Below are positions 40,411-54,174 of a DNA stretch of 64,000 bases, in pieces. A program made the position numbers and the translations under genes. The stretch spans positions 23,746,001 through 23,810,000 of the forward strand of contig NC_043018.1 of NCBI RefSeq assembly GCF_006345805.1. The letters run 5' to 3'. Numbering within the stretch: the first letter of the stretch is position 1; each line of letters begins with the position of its first letter. The notes beneath the pieces were generated by a model. That model made no database searches and had not been told where the DNA came from. It saw only the letters and a list, made by a program, of their open reading frames with translations. Source of the stretch: Octopus sinensis (lineage: Eukaryota).

Positions 40411-41689
40411 ATAAGAATGGAGAGAATCCCATCTTTAATTGGTGAGTATACCATACATTAGTGATGATGGCTTCTATTGTGCCAACACGTTTAGATACAG
40501 AAAAGGGTATAAAATACCAGTCAAATTAATGTATCTGAATATATATGTGAACACAATGTTATCAAGGCAATCCAAAATGGGTTAAATTCATAAAGAAAAA
40601 GAACTTTTAGGAGAAATAAAATATTCTAAATAAGCCATTTTAGCATTTATCTTTTGATGACGTCAATAGATAAGGAAAGAATAAGAAATAAATACAGGAA
40701 TTCTACGTCTCAACAATTAGAAATAGAAATTCTGCATCACAACAATTAGTTCATATGCTTAAAAATTTTTTTTTTTTAATTATGCATATTAGATTATAAT
40801 TAATGGGTTATTTGGTATTGAAACAACCTTCTAATACATTTCCTATGTATTATATAATTACTTCTAAATTAGTATTATTGAATTGTAAAGGTAATTTTAC
40901 ATTGAAATGTTCTAACAAATATAGAAGAACATTTAAATATTTCAATACTAAATAATCCATTAATTATAATTGCTTTTCCTATAATCTAATATATACTGGT
41001 GCCCCAGTATGGTGGCAGTCTAATGACTGAAACAAGTAAAAGATAAAAGACATCTCTTTATTCTACTAACCAGCTGTGAAATAAGAAGTTGAGTCATTTG
41101 TATGTTGCTGTTGTTTAGAGTCAGTCAATCCTCGTCAAGCAGACCAACAATCACTAGGTATTCAAGCTCTTACTATCTAGTCGTTTATTCAACTTTTAAA
41201 ATGGCTATGATTATATTATTATCCATTGTATCATTTGTTTTATTTTAAATGCAATATAGTGTGGTCTGAGGACGATTTAGTTGCTACTTCTAGCAAATCA
41301 AAACAACCACATGGAGGCTCCTTTGAACAAGTCTTAATTATTCAGTGAGGCACACTCTAATAGGCAGAGTTAGCTCCCTTCCCGAAACACAACTTGACAC
41401 CCATTCACCCTCACCACCCACAATTAACAAATCAAGAAAGCTTCTATTATTAGTCATGCGAAAACTGCAGTCCATGGGACTTTGTGAGTGGCACATCAAA
41501 TTTCACAAGGAAAACAGCATTTATTAAAATTTTTCTGTAATACAGTCTGCCTGATAATGAATCATGTTTCATACAGCCTGTTTCTCGAAAAGGCTGCCCA
41601 TGATTAATCTATATAGTCAATCAACCTGCTAGAAATGGCAGCCAAACCTCGCTCACATCTTTAAAAAATGTAAAGGCTGCTATATCTGA

Positions 41690-41945
41690 GTGGTTAGCAG
41701 TCACCCAGTTATGACCATGTGGTGACTTGCTATAACCATGTGATCAGCAGTCACCAAATTAGAACCATGTGGTCAGCAGTCAACCAGCCATGACCATGTG
41801 ATCAGTAGTCCAGCACCTATGAACATGTAGTCAATAATCCAACCATGGTTATGAGGTCAACAGCCCTTTACTATGACCAAGTGGTCAACAGTCCAACATG
41901 ACCAGGTGGCCAACAATCCAGCATCCATGACCACATGGTCAGTTG
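41690..41945. repeat. Degenerate minisatellite, ~10 units of 21-29 bp
   Basis: Consensus atgaccatgtggtcagcagtc plus a short variable tail. Confidence 0.85.
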
Positions 41946-43539
41946 TCCCTCACATTATTTCTCACAACCGTTGGGCTAAATGTGCTTGTGTCAACAGAAA
42001 CAATAAGTGTTAATACAGGTGAGTGATATCTCTATAGATTTTATAAGAATTTCTTGATTAGTAGAGTAACAGGTTAAGATTGGTTAGGATGAGTAACCTG
42101 AAGTCATTAAATTAATCAGCATCAACAAGGCTTGAACACGTGACCTGACTCTATTGTCATTATTAGAATACCTCTAAAAAAACAATATTGGATCTACTAT
42201 ATTAACCCTTTTGTAACCAAATTTCTCTTGAAATATACCGCCTTTGTTTCATCTAATTTTGAAAATCTTTCACTTGTTTCAGTCAAACTGTAGTCATGCT
42301 GGAGCACCGTCTTGAAGAGTTTATAGTTGAACGAATCAATCCCAGTGCTTAATATTTCTAAAGCTTAGTACTTATTCTATCAGTCTCTTTTGCTGAACTG
42401 CTAGGTTATGGGGATGTAAACAAACCAACACTGATTGTCAAGCAGTGGTGGGAGACAAGCACAGACGCAAAAACACAAAGAGCTTTTTCCAGTTTGTCTA
42501 CAAAAGCCACTCACAAGACTTAGATCAGCCCAAGACTGTTGCTCAAGGTACCATGCAGTGGAACTGAACCTAGTACCATGTGCTTCGGAAGTAAACTTCT
42601 TACCACACAGCCATGCCTGCTCCTACAGAAAGGCACACCCGAAGAATTTAGAAAAATAACTTTGTCGCCCTGAAGCTGGTTTTTGGAACATAATTTAATA
42701 TGACATTTTGATGGCAGTTTTTATTTTAGATCACTTTAAACCAGGAAGTCTACATCAAAGGACCAAGGATAGTCTGTCCCAGGTCATCTGGTATCAAAGG
42801 GTTAGATGTGGTTGAGGGAGGGGAACGTAACATCACTTGTGATACATGTTCAATAGTTCAGTAATTGAATCATAAATTACTATCACTACAGAACTGGGGA
42901 AGGGGGGGTAGTAGTAGTAGCAGACAATGAACATAGAGAGCATAGTATAGTAGAAGGAAATGGAAAGGAGAGAGGAAGAAGAAATGTGAGAGGGAAAGAG
43001 AGAGAGAGAGAAGAAAAGGGAGAGAGGGGGAGAAAGAGGAAAGAGACAGAGAGAAACGAGGAAAGGTGAGAGATAAAGAGACGCAATGTTAAAGAGTACA
43101 CCACCTGGAAAATATCTGAGTTTTGAGCTAAAAATAAAAAGGTAGGATTAGATAATTAGACCAAACTGTTTGACTGTTTATCATTGTGAACAGTTATATA
43201 GCTATATCTAGTTACACCACTAAACATGAATCTGAACACTGGTTTAACCCCGAGCCAGCAAGGAAACCTCAATGTGGTAAAAATAGCAGCCAAATCTCTT
43301 TTGTATCACAAACTACTGTCTTAAAAAAGAAAACAAAGCAAAAGGATAGTACACGTTGCATAATGTAGTCCTAAATGGACTTATGTCTGAGAGGGAAAAA
43401 CAAAAAAGAGGATGGCTACAGTTGGGATGCCTTTGATCATAGGCTTGCTTAATCAGGGATTTACATCCACTTTCCATGTTGACATGGGTTAGAAGAGCCA
43501 TCACAGCCCCCAGTCAGTTCTCATTCAGAGTCATTGTCC

Positions 43540-43810
43540 TCCTAAATGGTTGGAGGACCACACATCGCTCAGGTCTTTCATGATACTGGTAAGATCAATG
43601 CAGTTAATGTTCTTGAAGCACTGCAATTCAACACCTACCGAAAGACATAAGCAGAGAGGAATTTCTAAGGAGCAAACATTCTGAGCAGTATGGACTGAAT
43701 GTGGTAATTAGTGTGGAACCTGAATGATGAGAGGAAGGGAGACAAGGAAGTCAGGAATGCCTGAGTAGAAAGGATAAGAGCCCAGCCAGTTCCAAGGAAC
43801 ATAAGCCATT
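43540..43810 (-). mobile_element. Highly decayed Jockey/L2-like LINE 3' remnant
   Basis: Broken minus-strand translation including ..LSAYVF..LQCFKNINCIDL resembles the C-terminus of these clades. Weak. Confidence 0.35.
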
Positions 43811-46100
43811 GTAGTCATCACTGACATCCTCATCATTTCATGTCTACTTTTCCATGCTTGCATGGATCAGTTAGAATTCATTGAGGCAGATTCTCTATGG
43901 CCAGATGCCCTTCCTGTTGCCAACCCTTACCTGTTTCTGAAGCAAAGAGATATTTCCTCATGATCAGCCATGTTATTCATAGAAGACTAAAGATAAAGAA
44001 CCTCACGTGTATGATAATGATGCTCATTTACAACCATCATATAATGTCTAGACACACACACAATGACAAGTTCCCTTTGGTTTTCAGTCACAAAATCTAC
44101 TCACAAGGCTTGGTCAGCCCAGGGCAATAGTAGACACTTGGCCAGAGTGCTACAGTGGGACTGAAACCAAAACCACATGAGTGAAAAGAATTCTTCTTAA
44201 CCACACTTGTAGTAGGGGTGGGAAAGGATGTGTTTACAACATTAGGGATAACTGGGGGATTAAATAACAACTGGACATTAAACTAACAAAACAGGGAGCC
44301 TCTATGCAAGTAGATCAATCTACAATAAACAGCAGAGAAATATCCCTCAAATCACATTCTACAGTGCCAGAAAGTGGAAAGACATATCAGATATGCAGTT
44401 CTAGATAGATGCACCATCCCTGAAATAAAAGATATGATGGTCATGGCTGGAACATCTTTGATTATAGACCTGCAGCTTCAAGGGTTTATGACTTGGGTTT
44501 ATTTACTGCTTAAAATATTTATCAAATATTTTCACTGACAGCCCATGGAATACAAACAGTTCCAAATTAGACAACTCCTCACACGTACTATTTCTAATAT
44601 CATCCACCAGGATTCAACATTCTAACAAAATGGACAGGCAATTTATCTCTATCCCTCTCTTTCTTCTCTCAAGCTTTTGAAAAGGAGTATTTAACCCAAA
44701 ATATTAAGTCTAATATAATATTTCATATGTCTAATACAATATTTCATCCCCCTTGGTTCCACAATAAACTTCCTGTTTTAAAGTAATCTAAATTAAAACC
44801 TATCAAAATCTCATGTTAATTTATATACAAAACCCCAGCTTAATAATGACAAAGCTATTTTGCTGTATCATTTATTAATTTCAAAATTAATTGAAACAAA
44901 GGCAAAAGAAATATGATAACAAAAGGGTTAATGCTCAATTTGCATTGCTATCATCTTCTACAACATACAGGCTTCCTATATACTCCACAATTCTTTAATC
45001 AAATTACGTCACTCATCTACACTATCTCACATTTCAATAAAATTCTTTAAAATATATATATTTAGAATTTAGGGAAAAAAATAAATATAAAAATACCATT
45101 TCCAGTTAGCATAGAGTTTTGGACGAGGGAAAGATTTCAATTATAATTTTATAAAGGCGATCTGTGTAAGCTGGCGAGTCGGTAGAATCATTAGCATGCC
45201 GGGCAAAATGCTTAGCAGCATTTTGTCCATCTTTACACAAGGCCAGGAATTTATGGAGGGAGTATCTGTTGGTTAAATCAACCCTAGTACTTTATTGGTA
45301 CTTTATTTTATTGATCCTGGCCTCCACCCTTACTCACCTACCATCACCACCATATGGTTGAAAGGTAAACTTGGGAGGATTTAATCTCAAAATATGAAGA
45401 ATCATAACCAAAAATCACAAGACATTTCATCTGATAATCTAACCCTTTAGTGTTCTGATTATTCTATCAAACATAATGCTTATTGATTCACATTGATTTG
45501 AATTAATCATGCATTATGTCATATCTTCAAGATCTTGATGGTGTAATTACTTAATGTAGAATAACATTGTAGGGTAGGTGTGAGAGCCTGGATCTGGTCA
45601 GTTTGAACATAAAACAGATGAAATATTTTGGCCGGATATGGCTGGTTTAAATACTAAAGGGTTAATGCAATACTTCACAAAGCAGGAGCACATGCCCTAC
45701 CAGCAAGGCATGGCAATATTTTGGTGGGTCGTAGGACTTCAAAATGGGAGTTCAGAATGCAACAAAGCTTTAATTAAAACTCCTTTTAAATACACAAACA
45801 CAATGGGCTTCTTTCAGTTACTGTTTCCTGAATCCACTCAAGTTTTTGGTTGACTTGAGGCTATAATAGAAGACACTTGCCTAAAGTGTTACATAATGAG
45901 AACTTCATTCATTCATGTTGGGATGCACAGTATAAAGATGATTGCTCTGAGTCTACCAATCCATGTCATTTATATAAACAATAGTATATCAAGAAGGAAC
46001 TTCTGCATTCATCACAGCAAGCTGAAGTGTATAGTATGATCCTCAACTTAGTGGAAGTCCGATGATGTAAGTGGGACACAGCTAGTGGTTCAACCATCTA

Positions 46101-47346
46101 TTAGGTTGTCCAGAAAGCTCTGAGCGTTTTTAAGCTAAATCTTTTAACACTTCATTGAACACACCTGAAACGTAACACAGTGAAAACTTTGGTGTTGCTT
46201 GAAGTGGTAGTGCAACTCTTCTTTGTTCCTGACTAAAAATGGATTTATCTTTCATTCCGGTTTCCCCTTATTGACATTTGAAATGGATAACCCAAAAATT
46301 TCATATTTGTGCTGTAATGCTTTTCTTTTTTAAAGGAGAAAATGTTGCAAAGACTTGCAAAAACATTTGTGGAGTTTATGGTGATGATGATGCTGTAGGT
46401 GAATCAACTGTTCGAATTTGGTTTGCAAAATTTGAAGATGGAGAGTTTAGCTTGGAAGATGACAGTCAAAGTGGAAGACCTTCAAAATTGGATGGAGATG
46501 TTTCAAAGGGAAAAACTGAAGAAAACTCAAATATCACGACCAGAGGACTTGCAGAGGAGTTGGAAGTTTCTAAAAGTATGGCTCATGAACACCTAGTGAA
46601 GCTAGGATACATTTCTCACAATAATGTATGGGTTCCTCACAAACTCTCTGAAAAGAATTGCTTAGACTGGTATTCCATTTGTGATATGCTGTTGAAACAG
46701 AATGAAAGCATGCCTTTTTTTAAACAACTTGTGACTGGAGATGAAAAATGGATTTAGGGTAAAAAATATCCTGGAGCTTGCATAAGGATGCTCCAAAACA
46801 GCAACCAAAGACGAATATCCATGCCAAAAAAACTATGCTTTGAGTTTGGTGGGATCATAAAGACATTATTATGAGCTTCTCCCACAAAACCAGACCCTTA
46901 ATTCTGATGTGTACTGTTGTCAGCTGGCTAATTTGAACCAAAATATCGAAGAATTGAGGCCAGAGATTGCCAACAGGAAAGGGGTAGTGTTCCAACAAGA
47001 CACTGCCTGACCACGTGTCTTTGGCTACCCAAACAAAGTTACATGAACTTGGCTGGGATCTCTTCCACCATATTCTCCTGATATTGTGTCATCCAACTAT
47101 CACCTGTTTTTGTCTCTACAGAACTCATTGCAAGGAAAAACATTTCATTTAGATGGAGTCAAAATGCATCTAGATTACTATTTTTCTTCAAAACCAGTCA
47201 AATTTTATGCCAATGGAATATTTAAATTGCCTGGTAGATAAGCAAAGGTCATTAGTAGTAATGGAAATTTTTCATTATTGAAAGGTCAGTTATTTATATC
47301 CCTTTTTGCATATTTAAAAACGCTCAGAACTTTCCAGACAATATAA
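46101..47346 (+). mobile_element. Mariner DNA transposon, full length (~1.25 kb), decayed
   Basis: Starts after TA with TIR ttaggttgtccagaaagctctgagcgtttttaa; right TIR ttaaaaacgctcagaactttccagacaatataa. Transposase motifs lie inside. Confidence 0.93.
46278..47270 (+). pseudogene. Mariner transposase pseudogene
   Basis: ORF 46278..46757 contains the HTH region, SGRPS, WVPHKL and VTGDEKW, then a stop. Downstream broken frames give GVVFQQDTA* and YSPDIVSSNYHLFLSL (decayed YSPDLAPSDY). End coordinate approximate. Confidence 0.9.
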
Positions 47347-47565
47347 GTGTACCAGAAGACTGTTTGATCAGAACTGATCCGGGATTACACCACAACGAGG
47401 AAGCCACTATGTGCTTGCTTCTTGCAAGAAATAGCTGCGAAACTTGAATTTACATTCAGACTATCATCTTGAAAGGAAAAAGACAAAACAAAATGGATAT
47501 CCAAAAGGATGTAGTGATCATAGCTGGAATACCTTTGACCGTAGGTCTGACAGATGAAGGTTGAC

Positions 47566-48714
47566 CAAGGTCAGATTTAGACCTAGTGGGAGCCCCTGGT
47601 CCAATAGGTTTTAGGAGTCCCTACAATTTTGCAAATGTAAATTTTCAACTGTTTAGATGTAAACAATATGAATGTGCATTGTAAAAAGAAATATAATGTT
47701 GTAAATAATCTAAATACAAAGAACATTTTTAATTTCATATCAGTTTTGTATTTTCCTAAAAGTCTTTTTTTTGCATATTCCATATAATTTCAATGGCAAT
47801 CAGCACTTTGAAAGCTTTTGACATATTGCTGTTGCCTTGTTTGTTTGTTTGCATAATGCATTGCTGTGGATTGGAATGCCCTCTTTATTATATAAGAAAA
47901 CATATGTTCAAAATATTTTTAAAAAGGCACAACCTAAAAAAAAGAGCTAATTCAAAACACAAGACAAAAAAAAGGGGGTTCCATTCAATTTAGGGACCCC
48001 AAACAGTTTAATGAGGCCCTAAAACTTAAAAGGGTCTCAGTAGCTTCAGAGGGATTCCATTAAATTTAATTATATCTTATATCTAAATGGGCCCAATAAA
48101 TTAAAAGGGAGCTTCATAATTAAAAAAAAAAACTCAATTGGATAAAAAAAATTTAAACAAATTATCTATTTGACTGCTGTAAATATATTTCTTAATCATT
48201 AACTCCAAGCTCTAGGTTTTTCTGAGTTAAAGGGGTTTTGGGGCCATAACCTATATTGGCTCATACATAAATCTGGTGCTGTGGGGGGGGGTTAGACCTA
48301 TGGTTAAATAACAGCATAATATATTGCTGTAGATTGCACTCTTTATTATATGAGAAGAAAACATATGCTCTGAGTATTTTTAAAAAGGTGCTACCTAAAA
48401 AGGAGCTAATTCAAAACACCATAAAGAGGGCACCAGACAGTTTAACGAAATGCCAAAACCCAAAGTTTCAGTAGCTTCAGAGGAACTCCATTAAATTTAA
48501 TGATTTTAAAAATCTAAATGAGTCCAATAAATCACAAGAGAGCTTGATAATTAAAAAAAAAACTTTCTTCAATTAAAAAAATTTAAAGAAATCATCTATT
48601 TGCTTGCTTTAAATACATTTCTTAATCTTTAACTCCAAGCTCTAGGCTTCTCTGAGTTAAAGGGGTTATTGGGTCATGACCTATAATGGCCAGCTCATAT
48701 ATAAATCTGGCCCT
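47566..48714. mobile_element. hAT-type MITE (47566-48281) plus a diverged second copy of its right ~400 bp (48323-48714)
   Basis: Left end caaggtcagattta; right ends taaatctggtgctg and taaatctggcccta. 47861-48281 and 48323-48714 align along their length (e.g. aactccaagctctagg..tctgagttaaagggg in both). Confidence 0.6.
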
Positions 48715-48766
48715 AGGGTAGGCCGAGGGTTAAACAACAGTAACACTAATAAACAGAGTAACTTAC

Positions 48767-48900
48767 AGTTGGTATATTCTGTTCTGTCTTGTTTCTCTGA
48801 ATTGCATCAATTTCAGAACTTAATTCTTGAGTTGTCTTTATTAGATTATTGTAGTCTTCTGATAGTTTCTCATATCTCTGACGCTGGTGGTTTAATAAAG
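48767..48900 (-). CDS. TAB2: TAB2/TAB3-like coiled-coil exon (134 nt)
   Basis: Acceptor tttttttttggcag|, donor ACT|gtaagt; phase 1 to phase 0. Encodes (A)LLNHQRQRYEKLSEDYNNLIKTTQELSSEIDAIQRNKTEQNIPT with no stop. Not in the ORF track. Confidence 0.92.
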
Positions 48901-51900
48901 CTGCCAAAAAAAAATTTTTTTTTAATTAAAAATGCCATAATTTTTTATTTCATTTTTCATTCTGCCATAATTTTTTATTTCATTTTTCATTCTGCCATAT
49001 TTTAACAACAGTAGCATCAACAATTTTTCATCACCAACATAACCTTCAATATTATCATTATTTTAATCATCACCACCATCATCATCATCATCATACCCAT
49101 CAGCAACATCATCATCATAACCATCAACACAATCACTATCATAACCATCAAAACAATCATCATCATAACCATCATCATCAGTTTCTTCTTCTTGACCAGC
49201 TACGCAGTTGCCAGACCTGCTAGAAATATCACCTAAATCTCTTTACCGCGTATTACATCATTTTAGGTCTTACAGGCCTATTAAGCTGGAGTTTATCACA
49301 GTTTCCATTGTGTATAAACAACCAGACATACAATAATACTCCCTCCTGAAAATAGGGATGCCAGTTTGCTGCAGGGTTAACCCCAAGCTGTTGCTGATAT
49401 TCATGTTTAACCAAACTCACTGCAACAATGAGAAATGAAGAGTTTTGCTCAATAGCACAATTCTCTGCGCTTGGTTTGGGAATCGAAACCACAACCACAT
49501 GACAGACAGCAAGTTTGACACTGTATCAGGCAACATGTCATCACATATTACACCATACTGCCTTTAGCATTTAAAACAGTTGTATCTGACCAAATACTCT
49601 ATTTGTTTTATGTTCAAACTGGCCGGATCTGGCCCCTCACACCTCCCCTACACTGTCACTCTACAGATAAACAATCACATCATCAAAATCCCAAGTTACA
49701 AGATAATGTAAAAAGCACCCACTACACTCACGGAGTGGTTGGCGTTAGGAAGGGCATCCAACCGTAGAAACATTGCCAGATCAGACTGGGCCTGGTGCAG
49801 CCTTCTGGCTTCCCAGATCCCAGTTGAACCGTCCAACCCATGCTAGCATGGAAAGCGGACGCTAAACGATGATGAATGTGAGTAAATAAGCATTTCATTT
49901 GACAGAGTAATCAGAGGGCTAACGAGTTAAAAAAGAAACAGAAAAGAAAGGCCTCATTAGACAATGATTACAGATATGCAAAGACAGAATGGTCACAACA
50001 GAAATGCTTCTGGTTGACCATAAGTTTGTTCAATCAGAGCTGGCCTTCACCTGGGGTTAAATATCATCATAACCATCAACAATACTGTTATCAGCATCAC
50101 TATTATTACAACAACCAATGCACTAATTTCTGCAGGTAACAGACTGGTATATTCTTTCATTAGAGCCACCCAGATGAAAAGCTAGGGTAAGATTTGAACT
50201 CAGAATGTTAAAAAATGAAAGTGAATATGTAAATAAGATAATGCCAAGATGAGAAAACAGCATAGCTCCACTCCCTAATTAAGCCCCAATTAGATACACT
50301 TCTCTGCCACATATTTTATTGGCTCTGGATAGATGAAAGGTAAAGGGGACCTGAGTGAGATTTGAAATCAGAATATAAAAGGAGGTAACTAAATACACAA
50401 AGGCAAAGTCGTACCACCTGACTGACTCCCATGCCAGTGGCACATAAAAAGTACCCATTACACTCTCGGAAGGGTTGGCATTAGGAATGGCATCCAGCAG
50501 TAGAAGCATTGCCAGATCAGACTGGAGCCTGGTGCGACATCCCAGCTTGCCATTCTGCAGTCAAACCATCCAACCCATGCCAGCATGGAAAACAGATGTT
50601 AAATGATGATGATGAAGAATTTCAGCAACATTTCAATTCAGAACATACAGATGGACAAAATGCCTGGTGGCATTTTGTCAGATGTGCTAACAATTCTGCC
50701 AGTTCACTGCCTTCATCATCATCATCATCATCATCGTTTAACGTCCGTTCTCCATGCTAGCATGGGTTGGACGGTTCGACCGGGGATCTGGGAAGCCAGA
50801 AGGCTGCACCAGGCTCCAGTCTTATCTGGCAATGTTTCTACAGCTGCATGCCCTTCCTAACGCCAACCACTCCATGAGTGTAGTGGGTGCTTTTTACGTG
50901 CCACCTGCACTGGTGCCAGGCGAGGCTGGCATCGGCCACGGTCGGATTGGTGCATTTTATGGAAGCCAGTCGAGGCGGCACTGGCTTCGGCTACAATTCG
51001 GATGGTGCTTTTTACGTGCCACCAATAATAACAATCCTTTCTCCTAAAGGCACAAGGTCTGAAATTTTGGGAAGGGGGTGAGTCAATGACATCAACCCCA
51101 GTATTTCACTGGTAATTAATTTATCAACCCCAAAAGGACTGTAATGGTTCACTGTCATAATAATAACAATAATAATAATAATAATCATTGCCCTGATGCC
51201 AGTACCAGGCAGTGGCTCTCATGGCTTCTAATCTTAACTGATTGGAATTGTTCTTACGTACATTGTTTTGTCTTGGTATAAAAGATGGACTACAGCAAAT
51301 ATTCTGCTCAATACCACAGATTTGCTTGTCAGTTGTTTGACCGTAACCAGTTGAGCATGTCCCTTGGTGGCTGACAATATGTGCATCTCTGATCATGAGC
51401 AGAAGTAGTGGGGGAGCATCATAGCCATGTGTTGAGAGGAATTCTCTGGAGTTTGGTAAATTCCCCTCTGGAAACATGGGTGTTCTGTTCATCATCCTTA
51501 AATAACCCTCATTCAGAGACTTTTTAAGCGAGATGGGCTACTCGACATGAAGAAAGCTTTAACTGGGCCCCATGTGAAAGGTCATGCGTTGTTCATCTTG
51601 ATATCACTATGTCACGCACATATGGTTGTGATGCATAAGTCTGGTGTACCCTTATCAGACAAGTAGCCATGATGGGTATATAGGGATTCGTATGTTTGTA
51701 CCCCAGTGTCACTTTGATAGCATGCATTACTCTCTCACTCCATAGAAATCAGTGAGTGGGGAATACTGAACATATTATAACAAGTGGAAAACAATAGTTT
51801 AGAAATAAATAAAAGCAATATCATGATAAGCTTTGTTTTAATTTACACTTGCCGCTTAATGAAAGTATGAATATAACAATTCAGGCAAGTACCATCAATT

Positions 51901-52006
51901 GTGTACCAGGAAAGATTAAATGTAACTTGTAAGCCAAAAATTCTATGGAATTTTGACATGAAGATAGACAGAACAATTGAACACCAGATATTATATGCAA
52001 TATTAA

Positions 52007-52031
52007 AGAGGGAGAGAGAGAGAGAGGGAGA

Positions 52032-52065
<34 letters not shown>

Positions 52066-52098
52066 CAGAGAGAGAGAGAGACAGAGAGAGAGAGAGAG
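52007..52098. repeat. (GA)n microsatellite
   Basis: Directly visible. Confidence 0.95.
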
Positions 52099-54115
52099 AA
52101 TGCCTTATAAAAGACAGTGTAATTATTCCTACAGGCCAAACACTGCAGGTATGGAATTTGGAAAAGATTCTGAACTATATCGATTTAAAAATAGAGATAT
52201 CAAGAATGGAGAGATGCCCAGCAGCAAAAGTGAATGTTGTATCAGTTATCATCAGAGCAGTAAAGTCTATCATATCACCTGAGGTAGTTGCACAATAAGA
52301 CAGGTAGTATAGAAGTGCTCCCCAGGTCATTAACTTACAAAGGTACTTTCTATTAAAGGATTTTCAAAGTACCCCCCCCCAAAAAAAAACCCCCAGTATT
52401 TTATATTGATAAATAGTAATGTCCAAATATAAGCACAAAGCCAAGAATTTGAGAGGAGGGGTTAGCTGATTTTTATCTTTACTTGTCTCAGTTGTGGGAC
52501 TGTGGCCATGCTGGGGCATCACCTTGAAGGATTTTTAGTTAAACAAATTAAGCCAGCACTTACTTTATACAGTTTGGTACTTATTCTATCAGTTTCTTTT
52601 GCCAAACTGCAAAGTTATGGGGGCTATAAACAAACCAACACACACATATACATGCACATTTATATATATATACATGTACACACACATGATGAACTTTCAG
52701 TTTCCATCTACCAAATCTATTCACAAGGCTTTGGTTGATCTGGGACTATAATCAAAGAAACTTGCCCAAGGTGCCAACCAGTGCGTGGGACTGAACCCAA
52801 AACCATGTTGTTGGGAAGCAAACTTCTTCCCACACAGCCACACCTACACTTATCAGTACATTATTTTATCAACCCTGGAAGGATGAAAGGCCAAGTTGAT
52901 CTTGGTGGAACTTGAAAGCAGAACATAAAGAACTGGAACTATTGCTATGGTGCCTACTGTATGACATCCAAATGATTCTGCTAATCCTATCATCTCATGA
53001 TTTGTAACCTAGACACAAGGTCACAAATTTGAGGGGAGGGGTAGTTGATTAAAATGAACTCCATATTAGACAGGTGCTTTACTTTATTGACCTTGGGAGG
53101 ATGAAAGATAAATGTGGCCTTAGTGGGATTTGAACTCAGAACATAAAAGGCCATTACTAAATAACTAAGGTAATTTTTCCTACACTAACAATTCTGTCAT
53201 TCCACCATACTGATGATGATAATGTTAATAGTGATGATTTCTAACATAGCCAGCACAGGACCAAAAGTTTGAGGGTTTGTCAATTAACCCTTAAGCATTC
53301 AGTTTGTTTTATCAAATGTAATTCTTATTTAATCAGACTGTTTTGAATTAATCATGCATTATCCCATGGCTTCAAAATTTTGATGATGAGATTCTATGTT
53401 TTTAGAATGACACAGTGCTCAACTGGTACTTACAATAGCTTACTTGTTTTTCTTTAATGTCCAAAACTGACCTCGCCTGTGTTGGTGCCATGTAAAAAGC
53501 ACTCAATCCACTCTGCAGGGTGGATGACAGGAAGAGCATCCAGCCATGAAAATCTTATCAAAACAGACACAGAAGTCTGGTGCATCCTTCTGCCTGGCCA
53601 GCTCCTGCCTAACTGTCCAACCCATGCCAGCATGGAAGGTGGACGTTAAACGATGATGATGATGATGATGTCCACTTCTCATGCTAGCATGGCTAAGAGG
53701 GAAGGAAACTGAGGCAGAATTTTTACAGCTGAATGCACTTCCTGTAGCCAACCCTTACCTATTTTCATTATTCCTAAGGAACTTAAAAGTGCAGAGCTAG
53801 CAGGCAATTTGTTAACAAGAAATGTAAATGAGGGTCACCAGTTGTAGCCCAACCACAAAAAGTGACATCACTGATTGCACTTGAGCTGCAAATGGTAATG
53901 CCATGCTTTGAAGAGAAACAGTTTTGTAAACATTTGTGTGCGCACACACGCACACTGCCTTCTGCGTAAAAATTCCTTTAAAACCATTAACAGAATTTGG
54001 TGTGTGTGTGTGGTGTGTGAGTATTTTGTATTCATATAGAGTCTGATGAGCTGCCCACAAGGGACAGCTTTGTGCATGCAAAACCTTGGGTAACTCTTTA
54101 TAAAATTTTGTTATA

Positions 54116-54148
<33 letters not shown>

Positions 54149-54174
54149 ATATATGTATATGTGTGTGTGTGTGT

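Noticed and set aside
41690-41945. CRISPR-like repeat/spacer array
   Set aside because: Repeats are degenerate, the variable parts are only up to ~8 bp and related to each other, there are no cas genes, and the context is eukaryotic.
52135-52148. Plus-strand micro-exon (cag|GCCAAACACTGCAG|gtatgg)
   Set aside because: No partner exons or plus-strand gene found; likely chance.
54043-54075. Second hammerhead (CTGATGA followed by a good stem gctgccc/gggacagc)
   Set aside because: The required GAAA after stem II is absent (tttg) and no stem I/III is found.
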